NCBI GenBank assembly: GCA_964343575.1
Contig: CAYFJV010000002.1
Location: forward strand, 375,809-395,808
Direction of reading: 5' to 3'
Source of the DNA: an uncultured Methanosarcinales archaeon
GTDB taxonomy: Archaea > Nanobdellota > Nanobdellia > Woesearchaeales > GW2011-AR9
Length of the DNA: 20,000 bases
Shown here one piece after another: positions 7,269 through 14,402 of the stretch; the first letter of the stretch is position 1, and the number at the start of each line of letters is the position of its first letter. The position numbers and the translations under genes were made by a program. The notes beneath the pieces were generated by a model. That model was not told the DNA's origin, made no database searches, and worked only from the letters and a program-made list of their open reading frames with translations.

Positions 7269-7276
7269 TTTTATAT
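7269..7276 (-). promoter_or_regulatory. Putative TATA box for the tRNA
   Basis: Minus-strand ATATAAAA preceded by purine-rich AAAAG, about 29 nt upstream of the first GTGGACG copy. Confidence 0.45.
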
Positions 7277-7370
7277 CTTTTGGTCTTTTATAAGCTGGAC
7301 TGTTTAGATGATTTGCTTTTAAAACAAATCCATAAGCTTTATAAAGCAAAAATCGGCAAGCCACCCTACA

Positions 7371-8051
7371 ATGAAAAGGACAATAATTTATCTTAGTCTT
7401 ATCATGATCTTTGCTTTTTTTGTGAGCGCATGTACCATTACGGGCGCTGTTGTTAGTGAAGGTTGTGAAGCATTAGAAGGAAGCGAGCGTGATGTTTGTT
7501 ATCTTGATCTTCTTCAGTGTAGTAGCATTGTTTCAGATGACTTGAGAGATGCTTGTGTTGGAGAAATGGCGCAGGTGACTGCCGATCTTAGCGTTTGTGA
7601 ACTTATCCAGGATGAGAGTATCATGGGGCATTGCCAGCATGGTATTGCTTTGGCGCTTGCTGATGTGAGTATTTGTTCAGATATTACTGAAGAGTACTGG
7701 TCTGATAACTGTTATGCCAATTATGCAATGGAGCATGACGAAGGGAACCATTGTGCAGAAGTTTCACTTACTAGTCAGCGTGATACTTGTTACGATGATG
7801 TAGCTGTTGACCTCTTAGAGAGCTCTTTTTGTTTAGAGATTTCTGATGTTCCTGGTACTGACCGTTGTCTTTACAATGTAGCTCTAGGCTCTTTGGATCC
7901 GAGCGTCTGTGATTTGAGTTCAGACCCACTCTATGTTGCAACCTGTTATGCTAATTTGGCGGTGCAGATCGACAGTGAGGAAGTTTGTAATCAGATCGAG
8001 TACACAAGCCTTGTTGACGATTGTCTTTTGGAAGTTCGTTCAGCAGACTAA
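7371..8051 (+). CDS. Secreted/lipoprotein with cysteine-rich ~26-aa tandem repeats
   Basis: Signal peptide ending FVSAC then TITGAVV. About 8 units of C-x11-C-x13 (first unit shorter). Strongly acidic. Confidence 0.85.
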   Translation: MKRTIIYLSLIMIFAFFVSACTITGAVVSEGCEALEGSERDVCYLDLLQCSSIVSDDLRDACVGEMAQVTADLSVCELIQDESIMGHCQHGIALALADVSICSDITEEYWSDNCYANYAMEHDEGNHCAEVSLTSQRDTCYDDVAVDLLESSFCLEISDVPGTDRCLYNVALGSLDPSVCDLSSDPLYVATCYANLAVQIDSEEVCNQIEYTSLVDDCLLEVRSAD

Positions 8052-8111
8052 AATTTATTCCTTTTTTGTTTTTTCTTAGTTTAATTTTTCTTTTTGATTA
8101 TGGTTCTGGTT

Positions 8112-9323
8112 TTAAAATAAGAAATAAAGTATAACTGGGAGTACTAGACAGCCCATGAGATGGTTCTTACTCACTCCTAAGAGAGCTGCTGCTAAGCCAA
8201 GTGTTGTTGCAGTCGTTAAGATCAATAGGCCAAGTAAACCATCAAATATGAATGTGAGTAGGGCGATGAACAGGCAGATGCTCAGAAGAAGCTTTCTGTA
8301 ATCTACTTTTCCCATTACTTTAAGGAAGACTTTTGAAAGTGATATGCTGCAGATGACAGCTAGGCCTCCGGTGGTGATGGCAGTAAGAAGAAAGATTAAG
8401 ACTGTACTTTGTGAAAAACTGTTCATCAACTCAGAGATTACTACGATTGCCCCGTTTCTTGCTTTCTCAATGCTGTACATGGTAGCAATACTGATAAGCA
8501 TGTTCGCAGTGTTAATTCCTCCAACTAAAGTAAGAAAAGCTTCCTCGGAAGTCTCCCCAATGATTTCATTTGCAATAATTGCTGCTTGACTGTTCCCAAA
8601 GCCAGGGAGAAAGGCAGCAATAAAACCCATACTTGATGCTGCGCTAATTGATCTTAGGCTGCTTTTGTTTTTTAGCTTGAGGGGAATATCTTGGTCCTGT
8701 TCTGGAATAACTGCTTTTTGTAGGAGGCTCGTGATGATAATTGAGAAACCGAACAAGCCACTTAGGAGGGGGAAGAGTGCTTGTTTGAGGTTTGGGATGC
8801 TAAAGATACTTATGCCAAGCACTCCTGCAGTGATGAAAAAATAAGCGCTCAGAACTTTTCTTTGTATTGTTTTTTCTCTAAAGATCATAAGAGTAGCGAT
8901 AGTTAAGAGAATGATTCCGATGATATCTTTGAGAATGGGGTAAATAAGTTCCATAGCTTTGATAATGAGTGGAAAAAAAAGAAGGCAGATGATAAGTGAA
9001 CCGTAAGAACCAATGAGTGTGCAAAGAATGGCGTTATGTCCTTCTCCTCGGTGGAGAAGTTTGTGTCCTGGGAGGACGTTAAGCGCCTGCGCTTCATCTG
9101 GCGCTCCAAGATAAATACTTGGGAGTGAGTCTACAAAAGAGTGGGTGATTGCTAAACTAATAATGTAGCTGCTTAAGATGATTGGAGTGGTTAGCTGAAG
9201 GAACAATGGGCTTGCACTAAGGACGAGTAGAGAGATGAGGTTGACGTGGATTCCAGGGATGAGTCCGGTGAAGATGCCTGAGAAGAGCCCTAGGAGGATT
9301 GCGGTGAGCAGTTCGAAGAACAT
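8112..9323 (-). CDS. TctA-like (DUF112) tripartite tricarboxylate transporter permease family protein
   Basis: GIFTGLIPGIHVN, PSIYLGAPD, VLPGHKLL..GEG, second repeat AAFLPGFG, ARNGA. Multi-pass hydrophobic. Confidence 0.88.
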   Translation of the reverse strand: MFFELLTAILLGLFSGIFTGLIPGIHVNLISLLVLSASPLFLQLTTPIILSSYIISLAITHSFVDSLPSIYLGAPDEAQALNVLPGHKLLHRGEGHNAILCTLIGSYGSLIICLLFFPLIIKAMELIYPILKDIIGIILLTIATLMIFREKTIQRKVLSAYFFITAGVLGISIFSIPNLKQALFPLLSGLFGFSIIITSLLQKAVIPEQDQDIPLKLKNKSSLRSISAASSMGFIAAFLPGFGNSQAAIIANEIIGETSEEAFLTLVGGINTANMLISIATMYSIEKARNGAIVVISELMNSFSQSTVLIFLLTAITTGGLAVICSISLSKVFLKVMGKVDYRKLLLSICLFIALLTFIFDGLLGLLILTTATTLGLAAALLGVSKNHLMGCLVLPVILYFLF

Positions 9324-9380
9324 AAGGGTTTTTTGGGAGTTTGTTTAAAGTGGCTTTTCCTATTGAGTTCGGAAATTCTT

Positions 9381-9524
9381 TTAAAATTCGCTTTCTTTTG
9401 GCTTCTTGGACAATGAGGCAACAGTTATCCGTTGAAGGCTTGCGGCTTTGCTGCTCTGTCTAATGAAATAATGAGTAACTGCTGAGTCCTTTTCTCCTTT
9501 CTTCTTTCCCTTCTTTTTTCTCAT
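9381..9524 (-). CDS. Possible small basic protein (47 aa)
   Basis: Manual translation MRKKKGKKKGEKDSAVTHYFIRQSSKAASLQRITVASLSKKPKESEF*. Fills much of the intergenic gap; no recognisable family. Confidence 0.3.
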   Translation of the reverse strand: MRKKKGKKKGEKDSAVTHYFIRQSSKAASLQRITVASLSKKPKESEF

Positions 9525-9611
9525 GAGGTTAGCTTTATAAAGGCAAAAATTTTCTTTTCTGCTTGTGGTAGGTGTTTTGATGTTTGTTTTTGAAATGACA
9601 GGTGGGCAAAG

Positions 9612-11324
9612 ATGGTTTTAGGTGAGTCTGCTATCTTTATACAGTTGGGTCTTGTTACCATTCTTGCTGCGAGCCTTGCTTTTGTTTTTAGGATGCTTAA
9701 GCAGCCTCAGCTTCTTGCTTATATCATAGTGGGGATGCTTATTGCTCCTGTTTTTGGTCTGGTGACTGATACAAGTATTATCTCAGCAATGTCCACTATT
9801 GGTATTGCCTTTTTGCTTTTCTTAGTAGGGATAGAAATTGATGTCAAACGTTTAAAGAGCGTAGCTTTGGTCTCTACTGTAGGTGGTACCATTCAAATCT
9901 CTTTGCTTTTTGTTACCGGTTTTTTACTCGCCTTGTTACTTGGTTTTTTTCCCTTGGAGGCGCTTTACATTGCTTTGATGCTCTCTTTCTCTTCTACAAT
10001 GATCACTATGAAAATTCTTTCCGATCGAAAGGAGTTAAACACCTTGCATGGAAGGATTGTGGTAGGAATTTTACTTATTGAAGATATGTTTGCTATTTTT
10101 GCTCTCTCTATTTTGGCCTCAGTAAACAGCCTGGCTCTCCCTTTACTTGGAATAGCTTTCTTGAAGTTTCTGAGTTTATTTGCTTTAGCTTATGTTTGTA
10201 GTAAGTTGCTTTTTCCAAGCATCTTTCGTTTTGCAGCGAAGAACCAAGAATTATTGTTGATCTCTTCTCTGGCAGTGTGTTTCTTGTTCTCACTTATTTT
10301 TCATTATCTTGGATTTTCAATTGTTATCGGGGCCTTTTTAGCAGGGCTTACTTTAGGTAATTTGAGTTATAATTTAGAGATTATTGGGAAAGTAAAATCT
10401 CTTCGAGACTTTTTTGCCCTCCTGTTCTTTGTTTCTCTTGGGATGGGACTTTCTTTAGGGGTGCTTAAACTCTACTGGCTTCCTTTGCTTGTTATTGTTG
10501 CATTCATCCTTTTTTTCAAGACTTTTTTGATCACCACTATTTGTTCTGTTTTCAAATATACCAAAAAGCCCGCTTTTATGAGTGCAATGTCTCTCTCACA
10601 GATCGGAGAGTTCTCTTTAATCATTGCCAGCCAAGGTCTTGCATTGGGCCATTTGAACCAAGACATTTTTTCTTTAATGGTTATTGTAACGCTTATCACT
10701 ATTACGGGGACTTCTTACTTGGTGAACTCTTCTGAGAAGCTGTATGCTCTTTTGCAAAAGCCTCTTCGTTTCTTTGATCTTTTCCACACGGAAGGATTAG
10801 AGTATTACTCTGGAGATGCGGAACCAACGGTGGTTCTTTGTGGACACAACAGGATTGGTTATAACATTCTTAAGAGCTTAAGGAAAATTAAACGTAAGGT
10901 GCTTGTAGTTGATTATAACCCTGAAGTAATTTCTCATCTGGTAAAACAAGGCTATCATTGTATCTACGGTGAGGTTGAAGATGATGAGATTCAGGAAAAA
11001 ATGAATTTTCGTGGTTTAGATATCATGATCTCAACTATTCCTTACTTGAAGGTTAATCGGATCCTGATTCGTCGGGTTCGCTCTGTTAACAAAAGGGCTA
11101 GAGTAATTGTGACTGCAAATAGTATCAAAAATGCTTTGAAACTGTACTCTGCCGGGGCTGACTATGTGATCTTACCTCACTTCTTAGGGGGTGAGCGTGT
11201 GGCTGATTTGGTGACTAACGTGCGTAAGAAACACGTAAGCTTGAAAGAAGAGCGTGCTTTACACATTGCTGATCTGAAGAAGCGAAAGGATATTGGTCAT
11301 GACCATCCTTTTCAGTTGTTTTAG
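9612..11324 (+). CDS. CPA2 cation:proton antiporter (KefB/KefC-like) with C-terminal TrkA-N/RCK domain
   Basis: LKQP, GIAFLLFLVGIE, FSST, GILLIED, GAFLAG, LRDFF..LFFVSLG, LSQIGEFS, then CGHNRIG...VVDYNP...GADYVILP. Confidence 0.94.
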   Translation: MVLGESAIFIQLGLVTILAASLAFVFRMLKQPQLLAYIIVGMLIAPVFGLVTDTSIISAMSTIGIAFLLFLVGIEIDVKRLKSVALVSTVGGTIQISLLFVTGFLLALLLGFFPLEALYIALMLSFSSTMITMKILSDRKELNTLHGRIVVGILLIEDMFAIFALSILASVNSLALPLLGIAFLKFLSLFALAYVCSKLLFPSIFRFAAKNQELLLISSLAVCFLFSLIFHYLGFSIVIGAFLAGLTLGNLSYNLEIIGKVKSLRDFFALLFFVSLGMGLSLGVLKLYWLPLLVIVAFILFFKTFLITTICSVFKYTKKPAFMSAMSLSQIGEFSLIIASQGLALGHLNQDIFSLMVIVTLITITGTSYLVNSSEKLYALLQKPLRFFDLFHTEGLEYYSGDAEPTVVLCGHNRIGYNILKSLRKIKRKVLVVDYNPEVISHLVKQGYHCIYGEVEDDEIQEKMNFRGLDIMISTIPYLKVNRILIRRVRSVNKRARVIVTANSIKNALKLYSAGADYVILPHFLGGERVADLVTNVRKKHVSLKEERALHIADLKKRKDIGHDHPFQLF

Positions 11325-11419
11325 ATTGTTCTTCCTGTTTTTTTCTTTTCTTCTTGTTTTTAGAAGTAATTATTATAAATCACTGCTTGTATTTTCTTTT
11401 ATATTTCACTACGTTCAAG

Positions 11420-12484
11420 ATGAATTTTCAAAAAATCCCTCCAGTAGAGAACGCTGACTTTTACCTAGAGCAAGCTTTCTCAAAAGCAAGGGTTAAAGCC
11501 AAACAAAAAGATCTCGTGGGAAACTGGCTGCAAATTATTCGTAAAAAAGAGGGTCTTAAACTTGATGTTGCTAAAGATAACCTTTCTACTCGCTTAGATA
11601 AAGTGGCTCAAATTTTTCCTAACTTGGATATTATTCCTGTATTTTACATAAAACTGATGAAACTTACTCTTGATTTTCGTCAGTTGAAAAGGTCTTTAGG
11701 TTCACTTGCTTGGGCACGTAAAAAGATTGCTTTTTTCCACAAGAGCCATGTTTCTCGAATTAACGGGGCAAAGACACGAGATGAGATAAAGAATATTTCA
11801 AAACAGTGTTATGGAAGAATCTCTTCTGTCATGAAACAAATTGATAAGGACCTTCATTACTTAGAACAAGCTCGTCGGATAATGAGAACCTATCCAGATA
11901 TTAAAGATCGCTTTACAGTTGTCATTTATGGTTTTCCAAACATTGGAAAGACAACTCTTTTGAACAGAATGGTCGGGACTAAAGCAAAAGCTGCTGTTTA
12001 TTCTTTTACTACTAAAAAAATTAATACTGGAACTCTTGAGTTTGCTGTGGGTGACAAGGTTAGCAAAGGAAGAAAGAGAAAAGATAATGGCAAGTTGAAA
12101 GTTCAGGTGCTTGATGTGCCAGGAACGCTTGCTCGGGAAGCAAAAATGAACTTTATTGAATTACAAGCAGAACTTGCTCTTAAGGAGCTTGCTCATATGG
12201 TTATTTACATCATTGATATGACTGAACCTTACTCGTTGAAGGATCAATTAAAGTTGTATAAGAAAGTTAAGAAGATGCATCCAACCTTTGTATACTTAGG
12301 AAAGGAAGATATTCTTGATGAAATGCAGCTGGAGGATTTTGCCGATCTGAAGTTAAAAGCTACTTCTGTAGAAGAACTTCGCTCTGAGATGCTTTCTCGA
12401 GCTCTTGTTTATGAGCAGGAGAAGCAGGAAGCAGAACGTGAGGCAGAAGAGGAGCGTAGAAGTGCAGAGGAAGAGTCCGAGTAG
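11420..12484 (+). CDS. NOG1-family GTPase
   Basis: Helical N-domain (GRISSVMKQI...MRTYPDI). G1 GFPNIGKT, G2 YSFTTK, G3 DVPG, G4-like GKED. Likely start ATG 11420. Confidence 0.92.
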   Translation: MNFQKIPPVENADFYLEQAFSKARVKAKQKDLVGNWLQIIRKKEGLKLDVAKDNLSTRLDKVAQIFPNLDIIPVFYIKLMKLTLDFRQLKRSLGSLAWARKKIAFFHKSHVSRINGAKTRDEIKNISKQCYGRISSVMKQIDKDLHYLEQARRIMRTYPDIKDRFTVVIYGFPNIGKTTLLNRMVGTKAKAAVYSFTTKKINTGTLEFAVGDKVSKGRKRKDNGKLKVQVLDVPGTLAREAKMNFIELQAELALKELAHMVIYIIDMTEPYSLKDQLKLYKKVKKMHPTFVYLGKEDILDEMQLEDFADLKLKATSVEELRSEMLSRALVYEQEKQEAEREAEEERRSAEEESE

Positions 12485-12485
12485 G

Positions 12486-12517
12486 TGGGGCCTTGGGAGT
12501 TGGCCCCAAACTTTTTT
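12486..12517 (+). terminator. GC-rich hairpin plus U-tract after the NOG1 gene
   Basis: TGGGGCC (12486-12492)/GGCCCCA (12502-12508) followed by T6 at 12512-12517. Confidence 0.55.
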
Positions 12518-12648
12518 GAACTCTGTCAGAGCGGCAGCGTAGGCAAAGCTTCACAAGGATTTTGCCCTTTCCAAGAGCAAAATGTTCAGCTTTTGTCGCT
12601 TCTTTGTCTCGAAGTGCCCACCCACCTCCCCTATTATTGACAGAGTTC
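12518..12648. ncRNA. Candidate structured RNA or inverted-repeat element, family unknown
   Basis: Perfect 11-bp closing inverted repeat GAACTCTGTCA/TGACAGAGTTC enclosing three nested helices. Confidence 0.45.
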
Positions 12649-12682
12649 CAGATCTTTTCTACTGGGCCTTAGGAGCCAAAAG

Positions 12683-12692
12683 CTTTATAAAG
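12683..12692. promoter_or_regulatory. Palindromic TATA-like element, possibly bidirectional
   Basis: CTTTATAAAG. The similar core TTTATAAAG also occurs in the divergent intergenic regions near 7338 and 9534. Confidence 0.45.
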
Positions 12693-12879
12693 AGAATAGA
12701 GGCTAAGGGTTTTAGAGCAACCTTGCTTAGAAAGGATTGCTTTCGAGTTGGGCTGAACTCGGAAAAAACAGGTCCAAAGGCAGGAGAAGGAGAAAAATGA
12801 CCTCTGTCTTGAAGAAGGAGGAAAAAGACAATGCAAACAACTTTTCATATTCACAAAATCACTGGGGTGATTTTTTAGT

Positions 12880-13437
12880 ATGTTCTACAAAGTTCAAGTC
12901 AAAGATTTTATTCGTGTACCACCAAGTATGTTTGATCTTCCAAAGGAAGAAGCGGTGCTCAAAAACATTAGGGAAACCTATGAGAACTTTGTTTCCAAGA
13001 AACTTGGTTTTGTTATCAACGTTATTGACATCAACGAAATTAAAGAAGGTACCATTGTTCCTGGAGATGGGGCAGGGTACTATGAAGCAGAGTTTAATTT
13101 GCTTACCTTTAAACCAGTACTTAATGAGCTGGTCTTTGGGAAAGTAAAAGATATTACTGACTTTGGAGCTTTCCTTGATTTAGGAGGAAGTGAAGGGATG
13201 GTGCACATTTCACAAAGTATGGATGATTTTGTTTCCTTTAGCAAGGAGAAAGTGCTTCAAGGAAAGAAGACTGGACAGACACTCAAAGTTAATGATCACT
13301 GTAAGGCGAGAATTATTGCAGTGAGTTACAAGGATGTCAAAAACCCAAAGATCGGTCTTACTATGAGACAAGAAGGTCTTGGAAGGCTCGATTGGCTGGG
13401 AGAGAAGAAGAAAGCTGTAAGTAAGGCAGCAGAATAG
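12880..13437 (+). CDS. rpoE1: DNA-directed RNA polymerase subunit E' (Rpo7)
   Basis: IRVPP..F, G.IVPGDGAGYY, S1 domain FGAF..LG..EGMVHISQ, KIGLTMRQ.GLG...W. SD GGGGTGA upstream. Confidence 0.97.
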   Translation: MFYKVQVKDFIRVPPSMFDLPKEEAVLKNIRETYENFVSKKLGFVINVIDINEIKEGTIVPGDGAGYYEAEFNLLTFKPVLNELVFGKVKDITDFGAFLDLGGSEGMVHISQSMDDFVSFSKEKVLQGKKTGQTLKVNDHCKARIIAVSYKDVKNPKIGLTMRQEGLGRLDWLGEKKKAVSKAAE

Positions 13438-13462
13438 ACTTAAGAAAGTTAGGTGATCATAT

Positions 13463-13657
13463 ATGGCTAAAAAACTTGCAAGTAAAAAAGACAAACTTTT
13501 GCTTACTGAAGCTGAAATTAAGGAATTAAAGCTTAATAGATCTGATTTTAGTGACTCTTGGCAGGGAAGACTTTTCATCAACGATATGGAAAAATCTCAT
13601 ATTGCTAAGGAGATTGGAATTACCAAAAAAGGCGAGTATGCAATTAAGGTGAAATAA
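13463..13657 (+). CDS. spt4: Transcription elongation factor Spt4 (RpoE''), cysteine-free variant
   Basis: C-terminal FS.SWQG.....D.EKS.IAK.IGI...GEYAIKV matches Spt4. Directly follows rpoE1. SD AGGTGA at 13451. Confidence 0.93.
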   Translation: MAKKLASKKDKLLLTEAEIKELKLNRSDFSDSWQGRLFINDMEKSHIAKEIGITKKGEYAIKVK

Positions 13658-13680
13658 GTTTTAGAGAAAAGGTGAACATC

Positions 13681-14121
13681 ATGCAAATAACAATTACTGA
13701 GAAAAACAAAAATCCTCTCTTGAAGAGAACTGAGCTTAAAGGAGAAGTTGCTTTTGACAAAATAACCCCAAGCAATACTGCTATGACTGAAGCTCTTGCA
13801 AAGGAAGTGAAAGCTCAAGCAACTCTTGTTGTCATGAAGCAAATTGCAACTCGCTTCTCTGCGAAAAAAGCAGTTTTTTCTGCTGTTGCTTACGATGATC
13901 AGGCAAGCAAGGAAAGAACTGAGAAGATGACTAAACATCTTCGAAAGAAGGCTGAAGCAGAGGCAAAGAAGCGTGCTGAGGAAGCAGCTGCTAAAAAAGA
14001 AGAAGCAAAGAAAAAGGCTGAGGCAGAAGCTGCTAAGGCTGCAGAGCAAGAGCAGGCAGCAAGTGAAGAGAACAAGGAAGCGCAAGCATCTGAAGCTCCT
14101 GCTGAAGAAAAATCAGAATAG
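13681..14121 (+). CDS. rps24e: 30S ribosomal protein S24e with Ala/Glu/Lys-rich C-terminal tail
   Basis: NPLLKRTE, TPS, I.T.F, AY pattern. Operon position. SD AGGTGA before ATG 13681. Confidence 0.9.
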   Translation: MQITITEKNKNPLLKRTELKGEVAFDKITPSNTAMTEALAKEVKAQATLVVMKQIATRFSAKKAVFSAVAYDDQASKERTEKMTKHLRKKAEAEAKKRAEEAAAKKEEAKKKAEAEAAKAAEQEQAASEENKEAQASEAPAEEKSE

Positions 14122-14141
14122 ATTAAATTAGGTGAATTATT

Positions 14142-14363
14142 ATGGCAAAGAAAGGCGGAAACAAAGGCGGCAAGGATAAGAAAGCTGCTGGAGCTAAAGT
14201 TAAAAAATCAAGAAAGTTATACCAATTATATGAAGTACAAGGAGACAAGTTAGTTCGTAAAAATTCTTACTCTCCTAAATCTCCTGGAGACTTTCTAGCA
14301 AATCACAAAGATCGAAAGACTTGTGGGAAAACGGGTTATACCGATTTTGGTAAGAAAGAATAA
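14142..14363 (+). CDS. rps27ae: 30S ribosomal protein S27ae, degenerate zinc finger
   Basis: YEV.GDKLVRKN..SPK...FLANHKDR.TCGKTGYT. Follows rps24e. Confidence 0.93.
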   Translation: MAKKGGNKGGKDKKAAGAKVKKSRKLYQLYEVQGDKLVRKNSYSPKSPGDFLANHKDRKTCGKTGYTDFGKKE

Positions 14364-14402
14364 TTTTCTTCCAATTCCCCTCTTTTTTTCGTATTCTACA
14401 AA

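Noticed and set aside
12486..12880. SRP RNA or RNase P RNA
   Set aside because: No SRP helix-8 motif and no RNase P GAGGAAAGUCC-type conserved regions found on either strand by eye.
12737..13147. 136-aa ORF (internal ATG 12797 has an AGGAG upstream)
   Set aside because: It overlaps rpoE1 out of frame for about 270 nt and has no recognisable features. The other short ORFs at 12360-12854 are likewise unsupported.
13597..14085. 162-aa Leu/Phe/Cys/Ser-rich minus-strand ORF
   Set aside because: Antisense shadow of the Lys/Glu/Ala-rich rps24e.
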